A stretch of 64,000 bases of DNA from Asterias rubens (lineage: Eukaryota): contig NC_047065.1 of assembly GCF_902459465.1 (NCBI RefSeq), positions 2,542,001-2,606,000 on the forward strand, in the 5' to 3' direction. The notes under the pieces are model-generated. The model ran no database searches. It was not told the DNA's origin and saw only the letters and a program-made list of their open reading frames with translations. How positions within the stretch are numbered: position 1 is the first letter of the stretch; each line of letters opens with the position of its first letter. This document shows, piece after piece, positions 12,701 through 26,605 of the stretch. Both the position numbers and the translations under genes were made by a program.

Positions 12701-13889
12701 CCCCATCTTTAGTTGATTAGCTGCATCCAGCCATCAGCAATACACCTGGGCCCAATTTCATAGCGCTGCTTAGCGGCCGATTTTGTGCTTATTGTGCGAT
12801 TTCCATTTCATAGCCCTGCTAACCGTAAGCACACGAAAATGCATGCTAACCTTCCGATGCTTACCACACGAAAATAAATGACGTCACAATGCAAATCCAT
12901 GGTAAACACGCAATATGGCCGCCCAATTTTTCTGCTAACCTGTGAAATACGCTAAGGCTTAAGCAAATTGTTCTGCTACAGTAAGCACGCAAATTTGCTT
13001 ACCGTAAGCAGCGCTATGAAATTGGGCCCTGGTCGACATTGCCGAAAAAAATGCAAGAAAAAAACTTTTTCGAAACGTACAAACTCACGACTAGGACTTG
13101 AATGTACTTGCTCGTACGTGTGTTCGATGTTTGATCGAGGCAAAGTCTGCCTCGATTGACGTCACAAAAGGGGTAGGCGGAGTCACCCCCACACAACTTT
13201 AATTAATTGTTTAAACATATAAATCGTTAAAAACAATTACTCAAAACATTATTTTATTGTTAAGAAACATATACTCTAATGTTTGAAAACAAAATCATCT
13301 ATTTCCAGGTGACTTTAAGCTGCTTTTCCAAGGTCCAGTAAAGTATTTCTATTTCTACAGCACGGCTTGACGTTACCAACAAAGTTATCTTCGGCTTCGT
13401 GAACAATCTTTCTATAGCCTTTATTATAATGTATGTAAAAGCAATAAACTTACGTCTAACATGAAGGAATTCAACCAAGTTAGAAACAGACACTTGAAGA
13501 TCATCAAGCTGTCGTCTTAAACCCTGTACCTCCGAGGAGACCGCTGAGACTGTGTTCTGCAATTCCTCGACTGTACGTTTAGTATCAGTAAGCTCGGAGG
13601 AAACAGTCTCCTGATTTGCTGCGACTGTGAACTGCAACTCATCTTGACGTATTGATACTGTATGAAGTATTTCCTGGACGGTCGTACAGTTGTAGCCGCC
13701 GGTACCGGAGTTCACGGGAACGGATCGCCCGCAAACTGGCGGGTTGACTGTGATGTGTGGCTGGCACACACATCGTTCAGTCTCGCTCGTTGTGTAGGGC
13801 CCAATGCTATGCTGAGTTTGGGATCTTGCTCTCATAGCAAACACGGCTAGGAAGACCAACAGGGTCATTTTCATACAAGCTGGTTCCAT
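9749..13889 (-). CDS. Secreted fibrinogen-related protein (FReD; ficolin/angiopoietin/fibroleukin-like, no collagen), copy 1, intact, 360 aa
   Basis: Exons 13454-13889, 11576-11712, 11189-11450, 9749-9996, all with GT-AG junctions and phases 1/0/1 giving a 1083-nt open frame. Motifs: [60 protein letters not shown]. Hydrophobic N-terminus [16 protein letters not shown]. Confidence 0.93.
11795..12173. mobile_element. MITE family A in intron 1 of FReD copy 1
   Basis: TTAA|AGGCAGTGGACACTATTGG ... CCAATAGTGTGTCCACTGTCT|TTAA. Confidence 0.88.
12222..13314. mobile_element. 1.1-kb TTAA-flanked non-autonomous DNA transposon (Kolobok-like family C) in intron 1 of copy 1
   Basis: TTAA|AGTCACCT ... AGGTGACT|TTAA; contains the nested element 12749-13028. 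Confidence 0.8.
12749..13028. mobile_element. Nested Harbinger-like MITE
   Basis: CTG|GGCCCAATTTCATAGCGCTGCTTA ... TAAGCAGCGCTATGAAATTGGGCC|CTG; 3-bp CWG duplication. Confidence 0.88.
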
Positions 13890-15096
13890 TTATAAGGCAA
13901 ACTGATAAACAATAAATGTAATTTTGCAGGCAGTTTCGTACTTTCAGTTCAGACAAGACGACTTATTATGGTTTAACTTTTGCTGTGACGCACTAACAAA
14001 AATGTTTGGTCAACAGTGAAAACATTGGTTTATTTGCTTTGCGCACAAAAATATTGTTTCTTTGTCAACCATTGGACCAAAACCTACACCAACAAAGGTT
14101 GCTTTTCGATGTATCCATTGACTTTGGGACACTATTCCAACAAGTATGAGGAAGTACATACATGTACACTGCATTACACTTGTATACAGTGGTAGGTAGC
14201 GCAAAGTTAATCTGTGCACTGTCTGGGATGATTTTATTTTGTACTTGTCTTCTTTTTTCAAACTAGATTTGGAACAAGCTTAACAAAATCGACGTTTTAC
14301 CTCAAAATCAGTTGTGGCCGAAGAAGGATACGTCATGTTTAATTGGAGAAGCTGCATAAATTATAACAATCGCCGTGTGACAAGAGTATCCGCGATGTGC
14401 CCAACACATACAGTTGGTCTTTAAAGCTGCAAGAAAATAAATTGCAAGAAAATAGTTGCACAGAATTGTGTGTTTTCAGATGCCTGAGACAGGCTTCATG
14501 CTAAAGCCTTTCTCAGGTTCAATTTTTGTGTGTGAAAAGTAACCTCTTTCTCTAAAACTACATTAATCAAAAGGGTGTCATTTCTAACAACATTTGATAA
14601 CATCAACAGCTCTCCAGTGCTCTTAAAGCCATTGGACCCTTTCTGAATAGAACAAAAATTTAAAGTTCACAGATTTACAAATAACTTACAGGGTTTACAG
14701 AAGGTAATGGTGAAAGACTTTCCTTGAAATATTATTCAATGAAATGCTTTACTTCTTGAGAAAACATTAAAACAATTATCAATTCTCGTTATCGAGAATA
14801 ACGGATTTATTTAAAACACATGTCATGACATGGCGAAACGTGCGGAAACAAGGGTGGGGTCTCCCGTTATTTTCTCCCGACTCCGATGAACGATTGAGCC
14901 TAAATTTTCACAGGTTTGTTATTTTATATATTATTTGTGATACAAGATGTGTGGGCCTTTGGACAATACTGTTTACCGATGTTGTGCGATTGCTTTAACA
15001 AAGTAAGTTTTCATGGTCGTTTGTTTTTTGGAGTAATTACCATTCTACTTTATACCCCGCCTTTAAAGTGTTTTAATTAACTTTTGTTCCATTCAG

Positions 15097-18000
15097 AGGG
15101 AGGTAATACTCGCATTGCGACCACAGAAGATGGGCAGGAGTTGCTGATTGATAGCTCCTATGTGTGTCAGTACTGTGGGAAGAAATTGAAGACATATTAC
15201 CAACTCAAGACGCACATGACCATCCATAAGAATGAGCAGGTAAGAACAGGTGTTCGTTTGTCCATTTTTCTAGATGATCTACCCTTTAAGGAACTCGGCA
15301 AACTCGCGCAAGGGGATATACACACCAAGCTGGCAACAGCCAATCTCTCTTATAAAAACATTGGTTTAATGTCTACGATTAGGAATTATACAAATCAAGA
15401 AACAATACTTATTCTAGTCATTGTAAAATCCGCGATTTGCTTGGAGCCCACAACCTTGCAATAGACCGATCCATTAGTTAGGCTCCGCCCACGGCGCACG
15501 TGTGAGCAAGAACATGTGCGCCTCTCCGATGTCATTCTGCACAACTCTGCCGGGCGCGCCAAGCCTACGCACACGCATGTCGGACCTTAATTTGTCGGAC
15601 TTTTGGTTGCGCAATGGGTTGTGATTGGTCAAAACGTAATGGGGCGGGACTTAATGGATCGGTCTATTGCAAGTCCTGCAGTCTAACCACTGGACCATGT
15701 TGACATGGAATGGGAGGAGAGACATACTTTTTCCTGATCTAAAGGCCTTTTTACATACAGTACCCCAGAGAATTGAAGTAGCCTTTTATGAATGCAAACT
15801 AAAGAGGTCTGATGTACATAGGGGCTTTGAAACCCAATTTGACCCCAAGTGTGATTATCATTGTTACAGGTGTACAAGTGCGTTCTAAAATTCTGCAATA
15901 CAACCTACAAGGATCAGTTAGGACCAGATACTCGTCCTAACTTAGGACTATCCATGCAATTTGTATATCTCCTTGGACTTGTCCTAAGTTAGGAGTAGTC
16001 CTAACTCTGTGTGAAATCGACCCCTGGACACTAGCCAGTCGTCTAGAGAAGAGACTGGACGGCTGCTATACGAGAATGCTTCGCTGTGTTAAACAGATTC
16101 ATTGGGACAGGCATGTCACAAACCTGGAACTTTACGGTGGACTACCGAGAGTTAGCACCAAGATTAGGGCAAGAAGGCTGAGACTAGCAGGTCACTGTGT
16201 CAGACCGTCAGACATGCTGAGCTGGCAGTGAGCAAGCTTGTGCTTTGGGTCCCTACTCAAGGTCACTGTTCCCCTCTGGACTGCGTCGGGAAGAGCTGCG
16301 TACAGCAATGGAGGACCAACGTGTTTGGAGGGCCACCATCCGATGCTCCGCATCGACTGAATGAATTAAAATCTTCTTCTTCCTTTCAAGTGCTGCTTCA
16401 ATAATTGAAGATTACCGCACTGCGGCTGGGCGCGTGAAACCATGAGACCGTAAGCCAATCTCAAGTGCGAGTGTTATAATGACAAATTATAGCACTTCTG
16501 TTTCCCTTCGGCCTTGTTGGATAATGGATAAGGGACCCAGACGCACTATATTTTTCCATACACAAGCTTTCAGGCAAACATGATGCACAGCTTAATGCAA
16601 TATGCGGTGTTGGAACAGCACAATATGCAGGGTGTGTTTATGGGCCATGCAATAGAAGTCACACCTCTTGTTGCTAAGGGTCGAACAATCAGAATCGAGG
16701 ATTCAAGTCTGCTGTCAATACAGAAATAAATTTACTCACACAGAAGAAGATGCAAGTTGATACGTTCAGTTCTTACTGCACTGTTTCCCCAAAAAGCAAC
16801 AAATCTGTTTTAGCCACACCAGTTGCGATATGCCAACAAGTCAACATTTCAAAGCTTTATATTATGGTTATAACCAAACCTGTTTCAGTTGAATTGTCCT
16901 TAAGTCAATTATTGGCCAATGACTGCAACAGTTATTGGTTACAGTTGGGAAAACAAACCCCAAGTAGGAAATGTTCAAAGGATATTTAAAGACACTGGAC
17001 ACTATTAGTAATTGTCAAAGACTAGTCTTCACAGTTGGTGTATCTCAACATAATATGCATAAAATAACAAACCTCATTATTTTGTCTCATTTGTTGATAC
17101 ACAGCGGGGATAAACCGTACAAGTGTGATGCTTGTGAGAAGACGTTCAACCGCCCGGATAAGCTAAAGAGACATAACCTCACTCACGATCCTGTCAAGAA
17201 ACTCAAATGTCCGTTCCGCTCCTTGACTGGATGCGAGAAGATGTTCAACCGTCCTGATAAACTCAAAGCACATATCATATCACAAAGCGGCATCAAGCCC
17301 TTTAAGTGTCCGCAGTGTTTCAAGTGTTTCAGCCGACGCCCCAATTTGGCGGAGCATATGCGAATTCATACCGATGACTATACCATTCGTTGTAAAGTAT
17401 GTAATAAAGGATTCGCCCGTGAGAAATATAAGAATGCTCATAATTGTCCGAGATGGGCACAAACAAGGGAAGCACTGAAATCCAATATAGAATGTGACAT
17501 GAATGAATCTGTCCTTGGTGATTTGTCAAACGAAGCTTTGAAACAAACTGAATCCATCGTCGATGCCAAGTCTCCATCTCACAACATCTCCAAACATAAT
17601 GAGAAACCCGAAGAAGTACATCCAGTTCTCTTAACTAAGACAAGGCAAGTCAGACTCAGGCACTCTGGTTTCTCTATAGAAGGTTCATATGCTTGACGAC
17701 ACGGTCACGAGTGAGGCTCCGAGGAGTAGACGATGGCGTGGCGGAGCAAGAGGCAGGCCAAGACGTGTCACTCAGAAGAGAAAAATTCAGAATTGATCGA
17801 CGGAGGATATTGAGAGAGACTTAGAGGCTATCAGGAGTGGCTTGGAGGAGCAGCAACGACAGGAGATGGAGAGACAGAAAGCCAACCAGGAATCCGCAGA
17901 GCATCAACAAGATGGGGATCTGATGGCAGGAAGCTCACAGATGATAACGATCATGGTGACCCCTGACCAGGAGGTGGTCAGTGTCACATCGGGAGAGACG

Positions 18001-18111
18001 GTCACTTTGAAACAGCAACAACAGCCAACTATTTCAACTCTACTGCTATTGCACTTCGATCACCATTCTCCGCTTACAAGCAAGTGCCGAATTTCTGCGC
18101 CAGCTCTGTAA
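15097..18111 (+). pseudogene. ZNF341: ZNF341 genomic fragment, unit 2
   Basis: Copy of unit 1. Exon 15097-15239 is in frame here ([27 protein letters not shown]); finger ORF 16971-17696. Confidence 0.85.
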
Positions 18112-20100
18112 GCGTAGAATTCCTAAGTAACATGGAATACGCTTGGCACAAGCCAAAATTCCCTGCTAACCAGTGAAATAAGCTTGACATAAGTATTGTC
18201 ATCTGTTCTTTTTACACAATCAATGCATTTCTTATCTTTAGGATAGGAGTCATTTTTCTGAAATGAAATATCAAAAATAATGAACACAATCAATGTTTTT
18301 TTTTACTGATTCCAATCACACACTGTCAAATTCAATCATTGTTATTAACTAAATGAACTTTTAGACAAATCTTTGTATATGTGCATTTAATTCCTGAACC
18401 ATCATAGACATCTGTGACAGACAGGGGCCTTATTTCATGGCTCTGCTTACCGTAAGCAAAGAATCAGCGCTTGCGGATCAGGGAGTTCCATGCTGATGTT
18501 AAGCGTATTTCATGGTTAGCTGGGAACTTTTGCTGCTGCATACTCCAATATACTAGGCATTCTTTGCTTACACAGCTAGCACAGAAAACCTGTGCTTGGC
18601 TTTCACAGTAAGCGAATAATGGGGATCGTAAGTGCAGACTTCAGCAGTAAGCAAAGCCATGAAATTGAGCCCATATGAACTGGATAATTTAAAAAAAAAA
18701 AACTAATCATGAGGATATTCAATCTTGTGAAATTTAGATATTATTGTTAGAACTGTATTAATAGGACAAATCTTTGCTGAGGTGATATTTATTTGTTTAC
18801 AGTGTTTCATTGGATGACATTTTATCTAGTTGTACATCTTTATATGTTTTAAAGGTGTACATTGTGGCCATTGTGCAGAAGATTAGATTAAGTTCATCTT
18901 TTAGCTTTCAATAGGAGACTTTCAAACGCTAGGTGGCAGCAGACATACCGGGTAAATTTCCCTTGTTTACGTAGTTCTGAACATGCGCATAATTCTGAGA
19001 ACAATGGATTTACCCGGTAAGTCTGCTGCCCTCTATCGTCCCAGAAAGTCTCCCATTGTCACACCAAATCAACATACGTGAAATATTCATCAAATTCAGT
19101 GACCACAAACAAAAGGGCTTTCTTATTGCTATAAGGAGTTTGTATTATTTTAGGCTCATTTTGATTGCAACAATTGAAATAATCAGCAGTTTTGTTTGCA
19201 AGGTTATAAAATCTATTTTACTCAAGCTTTGATGGTGTGTTAGATGGAAGTACTTCTCTGGAGGATTGGTACTAGTGAACCATTTAAATCTGTGAGTTTC
19301 CACATTGAAAGTAGTTATTTTCCCCCAGGAAACTTTGTCTTCTAAAACGATGTGTTTTCATTTATTGAATGATGTATACATGTACATGTATGTATGCCAA
19401 TTGAGGTGTTTGAAATTATTAAACCAAACTTAAAAGGTCCAGAATGTTGTATTCAGAAGAAAGCTGTTGAGTTGTTTTGTTTTTGTGTATATTTAATGAG
19501 TCAAACAAAGACTGAGGCAAGAAAAGATTGCTGTAGCAAAACAATAAAAAACGCCAGAAATTGGTGGCAAGGTCGTAATTTTTAACCTTATCGCAAATAC
19601 TCTGTACGTGCACAATAGACGTGGAATGAGATGCATGGTGGTCTAGCTATAGCTATCAAATTTGGGTACTAGCTAGACCAGCATGCACCTCATTCGGCAG
19701 TTTGCGCCTGCGCAATGGTATTTGCGAAAAGGTCTGTGGGTGCATAGCACCACTAGTAAATAAACTCCCGAGCACAGATGTGCATAATGTTATAATACAC
19801 AAACAAGTTGCAAGATAATAATGAAAGAAAAAAACACCCTTGTCACACGGTGACGAAGTTGTGTGCTTTCTGATGCTTGATTTCTAGACCTCAAATTCTC
19901 TGAGGTCTCGAAATCAAGATCGTGGAAAATTACTTCTTTCTCGAAAACTACGTCACTTAATACTAAACGTGTCCAGCCGTCATTTTCACCAAACTCTGCC
20001 TAACTTTAGAATCAATTTTAGGGCTTAGGACGAGTTCAGTTCCGTAACCATGGGCCTATGATGTTACGACGCATTGAACCCATCTCCTATAGGACGAGTT

Positions 20101-20442
20101 AATAATAATAATAACCCGTTTTTATATAGCGCTTTACACCAGAAAGGCATCCCAAAGCGCTTCATCGTTATTACCCCTGGTCACTGGGCCTTAAATCACT
20201 CCTGAAACCATCTCAGCTCCCTGGTAGGGAGTATGCAGCCTGTGCAACATTAATTTGCGCTACTCGGCTAAATCAATCACAAGAACCATCTCTGCCCTCA
20301 CAGGTACCCATTTACCCCTGGGTGGAGAGAAGCAATTATAGTGAAGTGTCTTGCTCAGGGACACAAGTGTCACGACCGGGATTCGAACCCACACTCTGCT
20401 GAACAGAAGCACCAGAGCATCTATCCGCTTGGCCACGACACC
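20101..20442 (-). mobile_element. tRNA-derived SINE (unit 2 copy)
   Basis: Same as 7025-7366. Confidence 0.85.
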
Positions 20443-22786
20443 CTGAGTTACTCGTCCTAACTCGAGATAGGATTTATCCTAGCATTTCGTGAAATCGGCT
20501 GCAGTGCCTTTAATTCTAATTGCAACATTCATTTCAATTCAATTCACTTTATTGTCCCAGATGGGAAATTCAGTTTAGACGAGACGACTTATTTATGCAC
20601 TAACAAAAATGTTTGGTCCACAGTGAAAACACTGGCTTATTTGCTTTGCGCACAAAAATATTGGGTATTTTTTGTCAATCATTGGACCAAAACGTACACC
20701 AACAACGTTGTTTTTCGATCTATCCATTAACCTACACGGGTTAATATTCCAGAAAGTATGAAGTACATATACATGTACACTGCACTACACTTTGTATACA
20801 GCGGTAGGTAGCAAAATTCATTGCACTGTCTGGGCTGATTTTATTTTGTTGTTATTATTATTATTTTTTTTAAACTACACTTGGAACTGACTAACTTATC
20901 ATGCTTAACAAAATCGATGTTTTACCTCAAAATCAGTTGTGGCCGAAGGAGGGTACTTCTCGTTTAATTGAAGAAGTTGCATAAATTATAACAATCGCCG
21001 TGTGATGAAATGTTACCTGGAAAAAGGGTACACTATGAAAACTATATTGAATATAACTAATAAAACACACTCAAGATCGGGTGGGGAAAAGACGCGAGGA
21101 AATGCACAAAAAAAATAGGAACAGATGACACAAAGTATAGGTTTCTCAAACAAAAATAAAAAATGACTTTATTGATTATAAGACAATTTAACAAAAGCAG
21201 TATAAAACAATGCAAACCTTAAAAATGATTCTGTTCGGAACTTCAAACAAAGAAAACCAAGTTAAACCTAAACCAAAATAAACTATAAGAAACCTTGACC
21301 AAAGCTAACAAAAAAACTAAACAAAAATCAAATTAAAATCAAAATGGCTTTTGAAACTGATTCCATAATTATTAGCAGGAAATACACTTGAAGCAGGCAA
21401 AATTATGTAGAAATTAAAACTTAAGCAGAGAGATAAAACAGAAGTGCTCCTTGCGCTGCCAGGCTGCTATCTGATTGTTATTTAAAGATACAATCAATCA
21501 CAACCTCAAGTTCAAAATCCATTTAGCAAAATAACCAATCTGTGAAAGTTTCATCACATTGGGATAGCCAGTGAATCCAATCTGAAAGATGTTGAGTACA
21601 GGAAATTAGAAACCTACCCAAGTTGGATCATTACCTGTTACACAGTTGTTTATTTTAGATTCCATTCATAGATTATACTTCTGTCATAGATTATATCTGA
21701 GCATTAATTAACCAGGACATATCCATTGCAGTTAATATTAGTCTTATTAGGCCTACTAAGAGAATAATCGATTTTCCACCATACCGCCATTTGCTTGTTT
21801 CAAAGCATTTGCAGGGGGGGGGGGGGACCCAAACAGAACAATTATTGGGAAAGGAGACAGTTGTGGTTTAAGACACTGGACACTATTGGTAATTGTCAAG
21901 GACCAGTCTTCTTACTTGGAGTATATAATATGCATAAAATAACAAACCTGTGAAAATTTGAGCTCAATTGGTCGTCGAAGTTGCCAGTAGCTATGAAAGA
22001 AAAAACAACCTTGTCACACGAAGTTGTGTGCTTTCAGATGCTTTGCGAGACCTCAAAATCCAGTTCTGATGTCTCATAATCAAGTTCGTGGACACTTACT
22101 TCTTTCTCGAAAGCGCGTCACTTCAGAGAGAGCCGTTACTCACAATGTTGTATACTATCAACCTCTCCCCATTACTCGTTACCAAGGTTTTATGCTAATA
22201 ACTATTTGGAGCAATTACCAATAGTGTCCACTGCCTTTAAAAAGGCGTCGATCTAGTATGGAACCGTATTAAGCCCTTTTTAATGTTCGTATATATCTAA
22301 ATTCTATAGGAACAACTTTCATGACAAAACTTACAAAATAAAATATTGTATTCGATTCAACAAGCCACCGCATTGTTTATAAAAACACTAGCATCCACTC
22401 TCATTATACGAGTCGGATTTAGAACGGGTTATATTAGAAGGGTATCTTGAGAGTTTTATAAGCAATGCGTTTGTACTTGGAAGTCTTACATACTATACTG
22501 GTCGTATTGGGTTTAAAGTGACATTCCTTATTAGTTACTTTCTGCAACTATTTTAGCTACCCGATGTCCCGATTTTTATACATGTCTCCTTTAATCCATT
22601 GCATTAAAAGTTAATTCACATTAAATTGTTTTCCATGTTTTCCATTTTTAGGTTTCAAAGTACAGGTTTAATTATTTTTGTTTAAAAATTTACGAGAAAC
22701 TTAATAAGGTGAAGCGATAAGGTGATTTATGAGGAGATGTTTATTACTGCATACCTTTTTAAAATGGTATCCATCTTAATTAAGGA

Positions 22787-25311
22787 CTAAACTTTCCTTC
22801 TAATCTTCATCTCAGTTGTTTTGAGTGAGCGCCAACCCGAAAAGCCAGCCCACACAATTCCTTCATTGTTCGTAGTGGCCTCATTGAAGTATCTCCCGTT
22901 CAAATTGGAGTAGTAGCAGTTATAGTACCACCATGCTCCGTGGTATAGCTCAGCACAGTTATAACTACTCCGGTCATCGTTGTCTCGGTCTTTGGTCGTA
23001 AAGGCCTGGTTATTGTGGTGTGCTAACGAGTCTCCTGAAAGATAACACACGTAGCCATTATAGTCACGTGTAAATAAAGGCGACTGTTGACAGGAGGTAA
23101 CTTTAAACATTAATTTGTTTCGAAAATAACTTAGGCCGATAAGGTGTGATTAGAAACAAATTTATCAATTAATGGAACTGGGATATTGGGAAAAGTGAAG
23201 TTAATGTTTCACAATCAGGTTCATTTGTTTAACTGCATTTTGCTTTCTTTATTTAAGTCACAGTTTAATAATATAGTTCGAAAATTGCTATCGAATTTAA
23301 GCATTTTTATTTGTTAAAATTGTCCCCTCTTAAGTGTGGTTTTACGATTCAATAAAAATGTTTATAACAAGCTTGAATTTCATATGTTTCGCTTAGTTTT
23401 GGCTACAAGGGATGCAAAATTCCACCCCTTCTCTTCCGTCTGGAGCTGAGGAACAAAACATAGACAATTCCCCCTCCACTTTTAAAGGCACTCCAGACAC
23501 TATTGGTTACTACTCAAAATGATTATTAGAAACCTACTTGAACTAGCATTGGAGAGATGTGAACATTGTGAGAAACGGCTCCCTCTGAAGGAACGTAGTT
23601 TTTTGAGAAAGAGGTGATTTCTCATTCAACTATTTGAATCACAATGTTGCTTTTCTGTCTTTCATTGAGACCTACCAAAAGCAATCGGTCACAGCGATGG
23701 ACACAGACTACTCTGCAATATGTCTGTATTACTACGAAGTATCCACTTAAAGGCAGCGGACACCATTGGTAATTACTCAAAATAATGCAGAACAGGCTCC
23801 CTCTGAAGTAATTAAGGTTTTGAGAAAGAAGTAATTTTCCACGAATTTGATTTCGAGACCTCAGATTTAGAATTTGAGGTCTCGAAATCAAGCATCTGAA
23901 ATACACATCTTCGTGTGACAATGGTGTTTTTTCTTTCATTATTATCTCGCAACTTCGACGACCGATTGAGCTCAAATTTTCACAGGTTTGTTATTTTATG
24001 CATGATGTTGAGATACACCAACTGTGAAGACTAGTCTTTGACAATTACCAATAGTGTCCAGTGCTTTAAAGCATCTTACCTGCGGTTCCAGAGTAACTTC
24101 CCACTGTAAGCCGGTAGTTGTCGCTCACATCGGCGACACTGAACGAGCCATACAAAGCAAAGCCGGTATCGTCGTCGGGGCCTGTGAGATCTACGTGGAG
24201 TTCGTACTCGCCCTGAGCAGTCAGACGGTGCAAGTTGTCGTTACCCAGCCAAAACTCTCCCTCTAGATTCCCAAAGCCCCGGCTGTAGTTGGCAAAGTCC
24301 AAATAGAAATCTACACTGCCGTCCTGACGCCGCTGGAAAACCTATCAAGGGAACGTGGAGGTTTTTAAAATAACCCTGGTCTTCTTTGACTTGATCAAAC
24401 TTATTCTTATTTACAAATATATTCGTAGAGATGAGTACTATCTAAATCACTATAATCCGTAAACTTACCGTCCATCCACCACCGTCTGTTTCCATATCAC
24501 AGTATACCTGGAAAGCTTCACCGGAGTCTAGAGGTTGAACCGGGTACACGCCACTGATCAATCCACCACTTGCAAGAATCTCGGAACAATCCTTTCGAGG
24601 GTTAACTGTAGTCAACAATAAAAACATTTCAGTTTTTTTTTTAGTAACTGTAAGTACCTAATTGTTATAATTTATTTGCCCCAATTCTATGCAAATTATA
24701 CGTGTATGCTTAAAGAGATTGATAACCAAGTTCTCAACGTGTTTTCGGACACACACATTTAACATACTTATCAAGGTCAAGACGGTGTCTAATACAATCT
24801 TTATATTTCCACGGCACTGCTTGACCTTACCAACAAAGTTATCTTCGGCTTCGTGAACAATATTGTTCAATTTTTTGGCAAACTTACGTCTAACATGAAG
24901 GAATTCAACCAAGTTAGAAACAGACACTTGAAGATCTTCAAGCTGTCGTCTTAAACCCTGGACCTCCGAGGAGACCGTTGAGACGGTGTCCTGCAATTCC
25001 TCGACTATACGTTTAGTATCGGTCAGCTCGGAGGAAACAGTATCTACTTTACGTGTTGTATCTTCTTGATTTATTGATACTGTACGAAGTATTTCCTGGA
25101 CGGTCGTACAGTTGTAGCCGCCGGTACCGGAGTTCACGGGAACGGATCGCCCGCAAACTGGCGGGTTGACTGTGATGTGTGGCTGGCACACACATCGCTC
25201 AGTCTCGCTCGTTGTGTAGGGCCCAATGCTATGCTGAGTTTGGGATCTTGCTCTCATAGCAAACACGGCTAGGAAGACCAACAGGGTCATTTTCATACAA
25301 GCTGGTTCCAT
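22787..25311 (-). CDS. FReD copy 2, intact, 356 aa
   Basis: Exons 24888-25311, 24469-24605, 24080-24341, 22787-23034; GT-AG; same phases and FBG motifs as copy 1. Confidence 0.93.
23751..24065. mobile_element. MITE family A in intron 3 of copy 2 (orthologous copy 34237-34551 in copy 3)
   Basis: TTAA duplication at 23747-23750 and 24066-24069; empty site in copies 1 and 4. Confidence 0.88.
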
Positions 25312-25650
25312 TTTTAAGGCAAACTGATTAACAATAAATGTAATTTTGCAGGCAGTTTCGTACTTTCAGTTCAGACAAGACGACTTATTATGGTTGAACT
25401 TTTGCTGTGACGCACTAACAAAAATGTTTGGTCAACAGTGAAAACATTGGTTTATTTGCTTTGCGCACAGAAATATTGTTTCTTTGTCAACCATTGGACC
25501 AAAACCTACACCAACAAAGGTTGTGTTTCGATGTATCCATTGACTTTGGAGCACTATTCCACCAAGTATGAGGAAGTACATACATGTACACTGCATTACA
25601 CTTGTATACAGTGGTAGGTAGCGCAAAATTAATCTGTGCACTGTCTGGGA

Positions 25651-25816
25651 GTTTGTTTGGTGCCGAGTTTGTTGGACCAAAATAGGCCGGTGCCGAGTTT
25701 GTTTGGTGCCAACATTCTTGGTGCCGAGTGGGTGCCGAGTTTGCGAGGTGCCGAGTTTGCGAGGTGCCGAGTTTGCTGGTGCCGAGTTTGCAAGGTGCCG
25801 AAGTGTCCGGTACCCA
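25651..25816. repeat. Inserted GGTGCCGAGTTT minisatellite cassette (9 motifs), 340 bp upstream of FReD copy 2
   Basis: Absent from units 1-2; flanked by near-duplicated target tctggga/tctggaa. Confidence 0.85.
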
Positions 25817-26605
25817 TCTGGAATGATTTTATTTGGTACTTGTCTTCTTTTTTTAAACTAGCCTTGGAACAAGCTTAACAAAATCTACGTTTTACCTCAA
25901 AAACAGTTGTGGCCGAAGGAGGATACGTCATGTTTAATTGGAGAAGCTGCATAAATTATAGCAATTGCCTAGTGACAAGTATCCCCGATGTGCCCCAACA
26001 CATACTGTTGGTCTTTAAAGCTGCAAGAAAATAAATTGCAAGAAAATAGTTGCACAGAATTGTGTGTTTTCAGATGCCTGAGACAGGCTTCATGCTAAAG
26101 CCTTTCTCAGGTTCAATTTTTGTGTGTGAAAAGTAACCTCTTTCTCTAAAACTGCATTAATCAAAAGGGTGTCATTTCTAACAACATTTGATAACATCAA
26201 CAGCTCTCCAGTGCTCTTAAAGCCATTGGACACTTTCTGATTAAAACAAAAATTAAAAGTTCACAGATTTACAAATAACTTACAGGGTTTACAGAAGGTA
26301 ATATGGTGAAAGACTTCCCTTGAAATAGTATTCAATGAAATGCTTTACTTTTTGAGAAAACATTAAAACAGTTATCAATTCTCGTTATCGAGAATAACGG
26401 ATTTATTTAAAACACATGTCATGACATGGCGAAACGTGCGATATGCCATACAAGTCAACATTTCAAAGCTTTATATTATGGTTATAACCAAAACCTGTTT
26501 CAGTTGAATTGTCCTTAAGTCAATTATTGGCCAATGACTGCAACAGTTATTGGTTACAGTTGGGAAAACAAACCCCCAAGTAGGAAATGTTCAAAGGATA
26601 TTTAA

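Noticed and set aside
23622-23975. 117-aa ORF and similar ORFs at 8971, 11833, 22024, 32456, 34108, 43012, 51555
   Set aside because: All lie inside family A MITEs and recur only because the repeat does.
25651-25816. CRISPR-like array (short repeats with variable gaps)
   Set aside because: Gaps are 0-20 nt and repetitive rather than unique spacers, no cas genes, eukaryotic context; it is a minisatellite.
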